From: a virus | Length of the DNA stretch: 64,000 nt | Virus record (IMG/VR): IMGVR_UViG_3300027365_000010 | Span: 28,454-92,453 of that record | Strand: one strand, 5' to 3' | In this document: one piece after another, positions 35,681 through 45,315 of the stretch | Layout of the letters: each line of letters opens with the position of its first letter | Numbering within the stretch: position 1 is the stretch's first letter | Made by a program: the position numbers and the translations under genes | The notes under the pieces: generated by a model | Told to the model about the DNA's origin: nothing | What the model saw: only the letters and a program-made list of their open reading frames with translations | The model's database searches: none

Positions 35681-38548
35681 ATGGCTACTTTACAATCTCC
35701 GGGTGTTAGCGTAACCGTAGTAGATGACTCTATTTACGCTCCTTCTGGAAGCGGTACGGTTCCTCTTATCGTAACAGCAACCCGACAAAATAAACTTAAT
35801 GAACAAGGTGAGATTGCTTCTGGTACTCTTCCTGAAATGGGTGATACCCTAACACTAGTTACTAGCCGTAATGACTTAGTAACACGTTTCGGTAAGCCAC
35901 AGTTCAAGGTTAATAACGGCACTGTAATTCATGGTGATGAAACTAATGAATATGGTCTACATGCCGCATGGCGTGTTCTAAACCAGACCAATCAAGCGTA
36001 CATTCTTAATGCTAATATCGATTTGGAACAACTAGAACCTAGTATCACTGAGCCAACAAAACCAGTCGCTGGTGGTACTCATTGGTTTGATATTTCCCGT
36101 TCCAACTTCGGTCTGTTTATGTGGAATACCACAACTACTGCATGGGAAGAAGTGAACGTTGACATTATCAACTCTATGGAAAGTGTACAACAAGTTAACG
36201 GTGTAGCACAACCTAAAGATACCATCGGTGTTAATGGTGATTTTGCTGCCGTAACTGTACAAACACCAATTGTTGTATATGAAAAGGTTGGTGGTACTTG
36301 GATTATGCTAGGTGCTGAGTCTGGTACCACTCGCGACTTCCAATTTGCGCCACATACACGTGTTCCTGCTCGTCGAGCTGATGGTACTAGTTCACTTGAA
36401 GAAGGCGACCTGTTCATTAAAACTACTGTACCACGTAACGGTGCGTATTTCGACGTTAGTTCTTATAATGCTGATTCTGGTCAGTTCGTGACTAAAGAAG
36501 TTCCGTTCTACATGACTAACGATGATGCAACTCGTTATTATGATGGTATCGGTGAATTGAACGAAGGTCAGGTTTATGCACAGATTGATAATGACAGTAC
36601 TCTAAACCCGGATTATAACTATAATCCTGCAACTCCTAAAGCGTCTGACGGCGTAGGTGTGTTCACCTTGAAACGCTTCAACGGTCAAGGTAATACAGTA
36701 GCATTAAGCAATAAAGACGTTGCTGATTTCGATATATCTACACAGTCTTATAATTTCATTATTAATGATGTTACTATTACAATTGACGCATCTATGCAAA
36801 ATGCAGCTTCTACTGATCCAGATAAGGTAACTGTTGAAGAAATTGTAATTGCACTACAATCCGATCCTGATCTACAAGCGGCAAACATCCGCACTGAACT
36901 GGCTGGTAAGAAAATTCGCCTTATCAACACAAAAGGCTATGATATTGTAGTCAAAAACGGTGGCGATTATGCAGCAACCGACCCTAATAACATCTTACCT
37001 CAACTAGGTTTTGCTAAAAACGCTGGTGCTGGTCAGTCTGCTTATCACCGCACTTCTAACTGGGAAGTTCTAGAGTATGTTGCTTCTGGTACCGAACCGA
37101 CTGCTGAACCAGATGTTAATACCCTTTGGTATAACACTGACCTTCGTGCAGAACTTCTAGAAGCTTACTTCGATGAAGCTAACGGTGAAATGGTATGGCG
37201 TCCATATGCGTGGTCTGAAGATGTTAATGAAATGCTAAACCATAAGCTTTCTATACGCTCTTCTATGCCGGAATCACCAAGCGAAGGCGATGTATGGCTA
37301 GATAGCAACGATCAAGACAACTATCCAGCACTGTATAAGCGCATCAATAACCAATGGATGCTTCTTGATAATACCGATCAGGTGACCAACATGGGTGTTG
37401 TATTTGGTAATTATCATTATGATGCACCTTACGATGACGAAGGTAATGCACGTCCTGAAGGACCAAGTGATACTGTAAGTAACATCGTTCCAAATCCACA
37501 AGAGTATCCTGAAGGTATTCTGTTCTTTAACATGGACTACTCTACAAATAATGTTAAAGAATATCAAGGAAATGGTGAATGGGTATCCGTATCTGGTAAT
37601 CGCCCAGACGGCTCTCCATACATGGGACGTAAAGCACAGCGTCAGATGGTTGTTAAAGCATTGAAGCGTGCTGTGATAAATTCTAACGAAGCTCGTGCCC
37701 GTGATAAGTACTTCAACCTTATCTCTGCACCGGGTTATGTGGAACTGCTACCAGAACTAAACAGCCTAAATGTTGCTAAGAAACAGACTGCCTTTGTTGT
37801 AGGTTCTTCCCCAATGCGCCTGAAAGCGTTTGCTAATGATGTCGAAACTTGGGCAAGTAATCAAAATGGTGCATTCCAAGACGGTGAAGAAGGTCTGGTA
37901 ACATATAACAATATGTCTGCATGTTGGGCATTTGCTGGTCTACAGTCAGATGCTGATGGTAACCTAGTATCTGTTCCGTCTGATGTCATGGCACTTGATG
38001 TACTGATTCAAAATGACCGTATAGCATATCCTTGGTATGCACCTGCTGGTGATACCCGTGGCTTAGTTCCGGCAACCTCAGCAATCGGTTATGTTGAAAA
38101 CTCCGAGTTCAAAGTGGCTCAAATCGAAGACGGTGTACTTGATGTTCTTTACAACAATAACATCAACCCAATCGTTAACATGGATGGTGGAATTAAAACG
38201 TGGGGTCAAAAAACCCTTACTAATGTAAGCTCTGCAATGGATCGTATCAACGTATCTCGTCTGACTGCATACTTACGTTATATGCTTGACCGTATCACTC
38301 GTCCGTTCATATTTGAACAGAACGATTCTCAAACACGTCAAGCAGTTGTCAATGTGGTTGAAAAGTTCCTAGCCGATATTGTACAGAAGCGTGGTATATC
38401 CGACTTTTTGGTAAGATGTGATGAGAGTAATAACACGCCTGCACGTATAGACCGCAACGAGCTATGGGTTGATATCGCTATTGTGCCGACTCGCAGCGTG
38501 GAATTTTTGTACATCCCTGTACGTCTATTGAACACTGGTGAACTATAA
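35681..38548 (+). CDS. Contractile tail sheath protein (T4 gp18-like)
   Basis: LQSPGVSVTVVD N-terminus, PWYAPAG..RG, INPI, WGQKT, DRINVSRL, FEQND, CDESNNTP..IDRNEL..DIAIVP..SVEF. Confidence 0.95.
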   Translation: MATLQSPGVSVTVVDDSIYAPSGSGTVPLIVTATRQNKLNEQGEIASGTLPEMGDTLTLVTSRNDLVTRFGKPQFKVNNGTVIHGDETNEYGLHAAWRVLNQTNQAYILNANIDLEQLEPSITEPTKPVAGGTHWFDISRSNFGLFMWNTTTTAWEEVNVDIINSMESVQQVNGVAQPKDTIGVNGDFAAVTVQTPIVVYEKVGGTWIMLGAESGTTRDFQFAPHTRVPARRADGTSSLEEGDLFIKTTVPRNGAYFDVSSYNADSGQFVTKEVPFYMTNDDATRYYDGIGELNEGQVYAQIDNDSTLNPDYNYNPATPKASDGVGVFTLKRFNGQGNTVALSNKDVADFDISTQSYNFIINDVTITIDASMQNAASTDPDKVTVEEIVIALQSDPDLQAANIRTELAGKKIRLINTKGYDIVVKNGGDYAATDPNNILPQLGFAKNAGAGQSAYHRTSNWEVLEYVASGTEPTAEPDVNTLWYNTDLRAELLEAYFDEANGEMVWRPYAWSEDVNEMLNHKLSIRSSMPESPSEGDVWLDSNDQDNYPALYKRINNQWMLLDNTDQVTNMGVVFGNYHYDAPYDDEGNARPEGPSDTVSNIVPNPQEYPEGILFFNMDYSTNNVKEYQGNGEWVSVSGNRPDGSPYMGRKAQRQMVVKALKRAVINSNEARARDKYFNLISAPGYVELLPELNSLNVAKKQTAFVVGSSPMRLKAFANDVETWASNQNGAFQDGEEGLVTYNNMSACWAFAGLQSDADGNLVSVPSDVMALDVLIQNDRIAYPWYAPAGDTRGLVPATSAIGYVENSEFKVAQIEDGVLDVLYNNNINPIVNMDGGIKTWGQKTLTNVSSAMDRINVSRLTAYLRYMLDRITRPFIFEQNDSQTRQAVVNVVEKFLADIVQKRGISDFLVRCDESNNTPARIDRNELWVDIAIVPTRSVEFLYIPVRLLNTGEL

Positions 38549-38571
38549 CACTTAGTTAAAAGTAGAAAAAC

Positions 38572-38597
38572 AAAAGAAGCCTTCGGGCTTCTTTTTT
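38572..38597. terminator. Terminator with UUCG tetraloop
   Basis: AAAAGAAGCC-TTCG-GGCTTCTTTTTT. Confidence 0.85.
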
Positions 38598-39198
38598 ATT
38601 TTTTAAGACGATTAAACTCAAATTCAGATATGTTCTTAAGCATACCATTACAGTCATATCCAGATTCTACATAACCACTTATATGCGTAACCAAATTCTT
38701 CATAGGCTTCATCGCATGAAGATATTCAAAATCCTCTACTAGTGAATCAAACACTTCGTATTGTTGTGGCCTGAATTCTCTAGCCATCTGTTTCATAAAC
38801 AAATCCAATCCTACTATATTGAAATCACTAGGCATTAACGCTTTAGGATCGTGAAACCCATGAGGATATGTAACTAGTGTAGAACGGTCAATACCAAGAT
38901 CATATCCCTCATTTATAAACAATTGCTCATAAACCTTTTCTGTAAGCTGTATAAAGTATGGAATTCTAATCAACGTGTATCCCATATCTTTATAAAGAGA
39001 ATGTTTTTCTTTATCCCTTATCTGTGTTTTAGTGTTATCGTAATGATGATATCCGTCAAACTCTATGATGAGCATCAGATCATCGCATTTAAAATCAGGT
39101 CTGTATTGAATTCCTTTACAAAGCTGTTTATTATGAATAAAAGTGTATTCAGAGGTATCAAGAATTTCGTTAAGCTTTGATTCTGTTAAGTAAGACAT
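38596..39198 (-). CDS. DUF559/Vsr-like endonuclease
   Basis: YRPDF....LIIEFDGYHHY...RDKEK...GYTLIRIPY. Confidence 0.8.
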   Translation of the reverse strand: MSYLTESKLNEILDTSEYTFIHNKQLCKGIQYRPDFKCDDLMLIIEFDGYHHYDNTKTQIRDKEKHSLYKDMGYTLIRIPYFIQLTEKVYEQLFINEGYDLGIDRSTLVTYPHGFHDPKALMPSDFNIVGLDLFMKQMAREFRPQQYEVFDSLVEDFEYLHAMKPMKNLVTHISGYVESGYDCNGMLKNISEFEFNRLKK

Positions 39199-39338
39199 TT
39201 TTATCTCCTATATTTTATGCAAACATAAACTATTGAAGAGTGTATGTCAACAATTATTTGGTTAATTATTGACAAGATGATAATGTATGATATATGTATT
39301 TTCTGGATATTAAATAGAGCAAAAATAAGGAAATTAAA

Positions 39339-39695
39339 ATGTTTGAATATGATAAGTTAATTAAAGAAGAAATAGAAGTTCCTAGAAGTGATGATATACC
39401 TAATATTTGCTTAGAGAAAATAAACAACCTTTACCCAAAAAAATCTAGAGAATGGTATTTGGATGATGATGGTAATAACGTTTATAGAGTTAATGGTGTA
39501 TTTATATACTCGTCGGCAACTGGTAGGTCAGAATCTATTGATAAAAAATGCTATGAACATAATAAAAGTATTTCAGATGAGTTAGGAAAGGTTTACGTAA
39601 CTCTTGCTGGTGAAATGATGGAAGCAAACTGTGGGAATGACAATCCTAGTGATATTACAAGGATAAATCCTTTCTATGGCTATTCGTGGTATTAA
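39339..39695 (+). CDS. Hypothetical protein
   Basis: 118-aa ORF with AAGGA RBS. Confidence 0.7.
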   Translation: MFEYDKLIKEEIEVPRSDDIPNICLEKINNLYPKKSREWYLDDDGNNVYRVNGVFIYSSATGRSESIDKKCYEHNKSISDELGKVYVTLAGEMMEANCGNDNPSDITRINPFYGYSWY

Positions 39696-39784
39696 TGATA
39701 CCTATGTTTTGTCACATTTTTCATCAACGTATTCCACTAAGCCAGATAAGATAACATATGAAACACAGGACTCAAATATCCTGA
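39695..39784 (+). pseudogene. Disrupted copy of the 40419-40673 gene start
   Basis: Translates MIPMFCHIFHQRIPLSQIR*HM versus VVFCHICFTQIPLSKTREHV; TAA sits at the Glu position. Confidence 0.55.
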
Positions 39785-39842
39785 GCAAGGTATATTGTAT
39801 AAATATACGTAGTATGATATAGTTGTATTATAGGAGAATATT

Positions 39843-40055
39843 ATGGCAATGTTAGAGTATTACACAAAAGAAGAATATAAGTTTGAAGATGGTCTTCGAT
39901 ATGTGAAAAATCCGAAAGATGGCATTTGGTACTTAGACCTCATGCATGAACCCACCCTAAAGGAATATGAAAAATCAAATAATACTTCTGGTAGTGATGA
40001 AGTTGTAGCTAGTGGTATTGACGAGGTTTTAAAGGTTTTTGATGAAAATAGATGA
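39843..40055 (+). CDS. Small acidic hypothetical protein
   Basis: AGGAG RBS, TATAAATA at 39798-39805, overlaps the next gene. Confidence 0.7.
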   Translation: MAMLEYYTKEEYKFEDGLRYVKNPKDGIWYLDLMHEPTLKEYEKSNNTSGSDEVVASGIDEVLKVFDENR

Positions 40056-40425
40056 TATCCTTGGAGAAGAACGAAAGGTAACCAAAGGAAAGTTAGTTGA
40101 AATTAAAATGCTTAAAAGTTTTGAAGATAAGCTGAAAAATGACAAAAGGACTTCATTAAAAGACAAACTTCGAAATTCTGTTCTGAGTCTTCATAATTAC
40201 TACAACAAAAATAAACCATTAGAAGGCAAATTGAAATTAAATGATGGTAGTTCAGATAGGTATCATTATCACATTGGACATCCATTTTATGTGCGCTCTC
40301 CCAATGGATTATACAGTACTAGTAGTTGGTTTATTTTATATAAACTGGTTTACGACGAATCTAAAGACATTTTCATTGCGTTTCTTTATGATTATGATAG
40401 TCATCTTAGAGAAGGGACTTGGTAG
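40042..40425 (+). CDS. Putative RelE/YafQ-fold ribonuclease
   Basis: Basic about 127 aa; IKMLKSFEDKLK strand-helix start, PLEGKLK, YHYHIG, ILYK, C-terminal YDSH. Confidence 0.45.
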   Translation: MKIDDILGEERKVTKGKLVEIKMLKSFEDKLKNDKRTSLKDKLRNSVLSLHNYYNKNKPLEGKLKLNDGSSDRYHYHIGHPFYVRSPNGLYSTSSWFILYKLVYDESKDIFIAFLYDYDSHLREGTW

Positions 40426-40673
40426 TGTTTTGCCATATTTGTTTTACACAAATTCCACTAAGTAAGACAAGGGAACATGTAAGTTCTCATTGTCTAGACT
40501 CTTCCAATAAAGAAGACTTTCTAAGAGTCTATCGAAAAGTTACGGGCGTTGTTACGTTTGAGGCTAGTTTTAGACCGTCTAAAGAAAGGTTAAAAGAGAT
40601 AGCAGAAAAGGGTAGCGACCTTTTAGCCAATGCTACCCCTGAAGATTTAGATGAATGGTCTAGTTGGACTTAA
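40419..40673 (+). CDS. Hypothetical protein
   Basis: 84-aa ORF overlapping the upstream stop. Confidence 0.5.
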   Translation: MVVFCHICFTQIPLSKTREHVSSHCLDSSNKEDFLRVYRKVTGVVTFEASFRPSKERLKEIAEKGSDLLANATPEDLDEWSSWT

Positions 40674-40700
40674 TAGTCTTCGTTTAGAATTAGTTTTTGT

Positions 40701-41435
40701 CTATAATGTATTTAAAAATTTAATATTCTCACTATTGAATGGTATAGCAATAAAAGGAGAATCAAACCATACTTCATAGTTTCCTTTGATTGAGAATTGT
40801 GATGTTGAAGTTAAGGTAAAGTTTTCAGGGGTGAAGTAACGCTCGAATAGCCCTGCCATACCATGTTTAAATATAATAGTCTTATACTTTTTAGGAATAT
40901 AGATATCTTCTAAATAATCTTCTTTATTTTCGAGGCTGTCAAACTTTTTAAACAGTGAAAGCATATGTTTGTAAGATTTTGGGTTTTCGGTGTACATTAG
41001 TGAATCTTTAAACAAGTTGGATAGTTCATTGATTAGGATTTCGGGAGAGGTTTTTTTATTAAATGACTGCCAAAAGTCAAAATCTGGGCATACTGCTATA
41101 TCAATACCATTTTTAGGAAACACCAGATAAGTATGTCCAAAAACACTAGCATAATTTTTATTAGTAGTTGCTATTACACTTCGGTTAGGGAACTCTGACC
41201 ATGATGGGTGGTTATTAAGCCATAAAGTATAGTAATTCGCTGTATTTTTTGACCTGCGGTTTTTTATTGGATTAAGATAAAGAAATTGCCCCTTTGGAGT
41301 TGATATAGACATACCTTTATAGATGGTATAACCTTTTTTATAGTTTTTAAAAGCTTCAGAATGCGTCGTTTTTAATAATAATTCTACTTCTTTAGCTGAT
41401 ATCCCAGTAGTATTTTTTAAATCTTCGATAAGCAT
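40701..41435 (-). CDS. Hypothetical protein, ADP-ribosyltransferase-like motif order (paralogue family member 2)
   Basis: IYKG ... RRSKNT ... RSVIATT ... FGHTYLVFP ... YEVWF. Confidence 0.55.
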   Translation of the reverse strand: MLIEDLKNTTGISAKEVELLLKTTHSEAFKNYKKGYTIYKGMSISTPKGQFLYLNPIKNRRSKNTANYYTLWLNNHPSWSEFPNRSVIATTNKNYASVFGHTYLVFPKNGIDIAVCPDFDFWQSFNKKTSPEILINELSNLFKDSLMYTENPKSYKHMLSLFKKFDSLENKEDYLEDIYIPKKYKTIIFKHGMAGLFERYFTPENFTLTSTSQFSIKGNYEVWFDSPFIAIPFNSENIKFLNTL

Positions 41436-41450
41436 TTAGTCACCTTAATA

Positions 41451-41882
41451 TTAAAACTTTTTACGATGATAGTTATCACTACCGTCAGTATCAATAAGAA
41501 TTTTCACAAGGTAGGACTTTGTTGACACATCGTCTGATCCTTCAAAGTCCAGATATTTAGGCTGGTACTTGACTGATACCACATCATTATCAGAAACAAT
41601 AACATAAACAGTGCCTATGGTTTCTTCAACGTCATCAATTACAGGTTGAAATCCATATGCATTGTCTTTGAAATTTTTGAAGCCCATTTCAATAAGTTGG
41701 TCTTTGATACTATCAATATAGAGAAGCCCATCTTTTGATGTTTGTTCCTTGACCATGCTATAAAGGTTTGAAAGTAAAAGAAAAGAACTTTTATTAAAAA
41801 GCTTTTTTGCGGCACTTCGATATTTTATTGAAGATAGAATGCCTTCAATTAGCTCTTGATCTTTTTTAATATAACGATTCAT
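41451..41882 (-). CDS. Hypothetical late protein
   Basis: AAGGA RBS; TATAAATA at 41902-41909 (-). Confidence 0.7.
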   Translation of the reverse strand: MNRYIKKDQELIEGILSSIKYRSAAKKLFNKSSFLLLSNLYSMVKEQTSKDGLLYIDSIKDQLIEMGFKNFKDNAYGFQPVIDDVEETIGTVYVIVSDNDVVSVKYQPKYLDFEGSDDVSTKSYLVKILIDTDGSDNYHRKKF

Positions 41883-41927
41883 ATAACATATCCTTTTGTT
41901 ATATTTATAGTTATGATAGTTTATTTC

Positions 41928-42182
41928 CTATTCGTCTAGAATCAGTTTGAGAAGATTCTTATCATGAAACTTCCAGTACAAAGCCGTTGAGTAAGCATAG
42001 TAAAATACGTCTCCTGTAAGGATCAACGCGTATACAATAGAATATGTCTTGAGAGCTACCAGAAGACTAAGTGTTGGATCAATCATCGAACAAAACAATA
42101 GTAGTCCAAGGAAAGGACTTGATATCTTAAAGCACTTCCCCAACGAATATCCCAACATGATCAAAACATTTTCAATGCTCAT
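41928..42182 (-). CDS. Small membrane protein
   Basis: Two hydrophobic segments. Confidence 0.6.
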   Translation of the reverse strand: MSIENVLIMLGYSLGKCFKISSPFLGLLLFCSMIDPTLSLLVALKTYSIVYALILTGDVFYYAYSTALYWKFHDKNLLKLILDE

Positions 42183-42250
42183 TTTTAACCCTTGTGTAAT
42201 TTATGATCTATGGTACACTAGTTTACAGTTAAGCTCAATGCGAGGATAAT

Positions 42251-42586
42251 ATGAACTTTTATACAAAGGTAATAGATAAATTGATTAAAACAGTTGGTGA
42301 ACACAACTTACCGTATGTGTATATGGTTATTTTCTTGTTGTTTCTAGCAGCGGTGGCATTAACGGTTAATCATGGTATTGAAAAGATGGATGATCGTTAC
42401 GAGAAACAGTTTCAAGTGTTTGAAGATAATTTAAAATCTTTGGAAGACATCAATAAAGAGCTTGATTCTATTGGTAAAGATATGGATAAGGCTCTTGGTA
42501 ACACTAAGGAAATTCATCGCAATATGGATGAATTAGAAAGGCAGATTAAAGAATTAAGCGAGGATTTAAAAAATGATAAGTCTTGA
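42251..42586 (+). CDS. Single-TM coiled-coil protein
   Basis: YVYMVIFLLFLAAVAL helix followed by heptads; GAGGA RBS. Confidence 0.7.
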   Translation: MNFYTKVIDKLIKTVGEHNLPYVYMVIFLLFLAAVALTVNHGIEKMDDRYEKQFQVFEDNLKSLEDINKELDSIGKDMDKALGNTKEIHRNMDELERQIKELSEDLKNDKS

Positions 42587-42730
42587 TAAGCTTGATTGAG
42601 TAATCGGTGAGCGTGATAAAATATGAGTTGTGACTACTGAACTCAAGAATAAATATTATGACAGAAAAGGATAGAAGTATGAAAATTAAACATCTATCCA
42701 ATGAGTCGTCAGTAGTTGACTCTCACGCTA

Positions 42731-43339
42731 TCATAAATTTTTCGTAAAACGAATCCCATCACCAGTCTGGGATAAATCATTAACAAGTTCCCACTTCAAA
42801 CTTAGGTTACTATTATCTCTGGAATCTAACATTTCTGTTTTATTATATTGTATCCCATTTTTTGGTGTAAATAGGCGCATGATATGGATATCTCGGTTAT
42901 TATTCGATGAGGTCCAGATATACACTTTTGACAACTCCACCGGTTGCTCGAATACTACAAGAAATCTAGCCCAGCCTGTACCATTGGAATTGCTTTCGAC
43001 ATTGTTATACAAAAATGCGGTACAGTTCTGATCAGAATAATAAATATTGCCATCGTTTAAGTTGTTTCTACCCCAATAACTATAGCCCCAATAGTAAGGT
43101 ATGTTGTTTATGGTATCAGTGGACACTACATCATATGCGTCTACCTCCGTTGTGGAGTAATTAATTTTATTAGATAACACGTCGTAGAATGCGAGTTCAT
43201 TAATGACCACCACGTTCGATGGATACGAGGCACTTCTTGATGATGTTTTTTCTACTTCGATAATTGCGTATTCAATTTGGTTTACGTGTGGTCTCGATTC
43301 CATTCTAATAGACTTGAATGTGGTGTTATATGATTTCAT
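42731..43339 (-). CDS. Beta-rich hypothetical protein (possible virion carbohydrate-binding domain)
   Basis: Aromatic/Asn-rich, NLNDGN...FLVVFEQPVELSKV pattern; TAAATA upstream. Confidence 0.6.
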   Translation of the reverse strand: MKSYNTTFKSIRMESRPHVNQIEYAIIEVEKTSSRSASYPSNVVVINELAFYDVLSNKINYSTTEVDAYDVVSTDTINNIPYYWGYSYWGRNNLNDGNIYYSDQNCTAFLYNNVESNSNGTGWARFLVVFEQPVELSKVYIWTSSNNNRDIHIMRLFTPKNGIQYNKTEMLDSRDNSNLSLKWELVNDLSQTGDGIRFTKNL

Positions 43340-43593
43340 GTTTATGTTCCTCTGTTTTAAGTATTTATTAACTACAAGCAGTTTTGATATTAAAAGAATC
43401 CACGGGTTGTTTAATCCTTTCTAAAGTCTGGATTGTGAAGAGACGGCGTACTGACGAAACAGCATTAATGAATAAAAGTTCATAGAGCCCTATATGGAAT
43501 TTACATGTATGTAATGAATCTAGTTAATAACAATATACCCGACCTTTTGTAGTTATTTAGTGATTAGTAATTTGTTTTGTTTTAAAACAAGCG

Positions 43594-43622
43594 TTGACAT
43601 GTATAACCCATAGTGGTATAGT
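43594..43622 (+). promoter_or_regulatory. Sigma70-type promoter
   Basis: TTGACA-17 bp-TATAGT with extended -10 TG. Confidence 0.75.
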
Positions 43623-43623
43623 C

Positions 43624-43914
43624 ATCAAAAATGTTCGTATCTCTGATATTAAGCGAGGTTGGGGTAAGTACTACAACAAGTCATGCAAAGCGAAGGCACA
43701 AGCTAAGAAATATGGTGGGAAACCGAAGATTTCCAAGGAACGTCGTTTTCAATACTTGTGTAATGCATTCGACGATGGTAGTATTTCTGAAGAGTACTTC
43801 TACGATACTATGCGCAATGAGTACCCAGAATTCATGACTATTGATGATGAACTCGCAGCGTATAACGCTCTAGACGTTCATCCATTTTCGAGCGAAGCCT
43901 TGGGGCAAGACTGA
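43624..43914 (+). CDS. Hypothetical phage protein, 5' end uncertain or truncated
   Basis: Frame encodes DIKRGWGKYYNKSCKA and HPFSSEALG, but has no in-frame ATG between the promoter and that motif. Confidence 0.45.
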   Translation: MKNVRISDIKRGWGKYYNKSCKAKAQAKKYGGKPKISKERRFQYLCNAFDDGSISEEYFYDTMRNEYPEFMTIDDELAAYNALDVHPFSSEALGQD

Positions 43915-43921
43915 GGAAGAT

Positions 43922-44161
43922 ATGCGAGTTGATTGGACTAAAGACATTGAGATGATTGGTATTTCAGGCGATGATGTTTTGTTTGAGATAGACGAGGTAT
44001 CAGAAGAAGACGGTTTTGTGTCTGTAAATTTATCCTATGCTGGTAATACGAAGCATACTGTCCATGCAGATTTTTATGACACAATTTGCGTTGATTATCA
44101 TACAGGAAAACCACTCAATTATTTCTTAAACCCAGATGTATTCACTGTGGTAAATGTTTGA
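43922..44161 (+). CDS. Hypothetical protein
   Basis: GAGG RBS, 79 aa. Confidence 0.65.
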   Translation: MRVDWTKDIEMIGISGDDVLFEIDEVSEEDGFVSVNLSYAGNTKHTVHADFYDTICVDYHTGKPLNYFLNPDVFTVVNV

Positions 44162-44233
44162 AACAGTTCTTCTTAACCCATTATAACCCATTAAGATTAT
44201 GAAAGAACATCATAAACGATTCGGAGATAGTAA

Positions 44234-45301
44234 ATGAAAAAAATAGTTGTAATTGGAGGAACCTTTGATCATGAAGGTGGACGTAAATCTAGTATTGTAG
44301 AGAAAGTATCCACCTATATTGGGAAAATGTGGGCAAAGTCTTATCATACCTCGTATATTAATGGTGGATATTATTCGGAATTGTCTAAAAACGTAGATTT
44401 TTCTGATACGGATGTGCTTATTTGGATGCCTAATATCTCAAATGACGAAGACAAGATTCTTCCAGATATAAAGAAAAAGAATCCTAAACTATTTTTGATT
44501 AGCTCAAAGCGTGTTGTTGAAAAAGAATATAAAGAATCTGATATTATTGGGAGACTTCTGGCTGCGAAGAGTAATCTTGGTATCATGATCACAAAGCCAT
44601 CTGATATTTATAATTTCAAAGTACTCGACCCTCTAGGCAATTGTTATGTCGATTCTTCCTCTATCGAAAAATTGTGTGATTCTATTATGTATCGTGTAGA
44701 AGAAGTGACAGCAATGACACGTGTCCGTAGTGTGAGTATTGGCGAAGAAAGAGATTTTACAATTGATCCTGCTTTTATTGAATTTGTAAAACATTCCGCC
44801 AATGAGTTCACAAAGCATGTTAATGCTGTAAATCCCAATAGACTTCTCGGAAATGCTAGTACACGTTGTATGTATGGGTTCCCGGCTGAACGTCAATCTA
44901 ACCGTATCTTTGTGTCTCAGAGAAATATTGATAAAAAGCTTATTGAAACCAAAGGCTTTGTTGAGATTAACCCAGATGTTGAAGATCGCGTAGAGTATTA
45001 TGGGGATCGTAAACCGTCCGTCGATACACCAATACAGTTACGGCTTTTTAACTTCTATCCAAACATTAATTACATGGTACATGGTCACGTTTACATCAAC
45101 GGTGCGCCCATGACTGATCTAAAGGTTCCCTGTGGCTTTCTGGAAGAGTTTGAAGAGGTTGTAGCACTTTACCCTTCGCCAGACGAAGAAGTTGTTGTAG
45201 TTAATCTAAGAGGCCATGGATGCTTGATTATGACCAACACTGTTGAACAATTATGGAATTATAGTGAAAAGTATGTATCACGTGATTTTCCAGAATACTA
45301 A
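44234..45301 (+). CDS. Protein with C-terminal class II aldolase/adducin-like domain
   Basis: GNASTR, KPSVDT, HGH, LRGHGCLI metal-binding pattern. Confidence 0.65.
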   Translation: MKKIVVIGGTFDHEGGRKSSIVEKVSTYIGKMWAKSYHTSYINGGYYSELSKNVDFSDTDVLIWMPNISNDEDKILPDIKKKNPKLFLISSKRVVEKEYKESDIIGRLLAAKSNLGIMITKPSDIYNFKVLDPLGNCYVDSSSIEKLCDSIMYRVEEVTAMTRVRSVSIGEERDFTIDPAFIEFVKHSANEFTKHVNAVNPNRLLGNASTRCMYGFPAERQSNRIFVSQRNIDKKLIETKGFVEINPDVEDRVEYYGDRKPSVDTPIQLRLFNFYPNINYMVHGHVYINGAPMTDLKVPCGFLEEFEEVVALYPSPDEEVVVVNLRGHGCLIMTNTVEQLWNYSEKYVSRDFPEY

Positions 45302-45315
45302 AAGAGGATTAAAAC

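Noticed and set aside
43451-43460. CTGACGAAAC resembling a hammerhead ribozyme core
   Set aside because: CUGAnGA and GAAA overlap, leaving no room for stem II, and I found no flanking stems.
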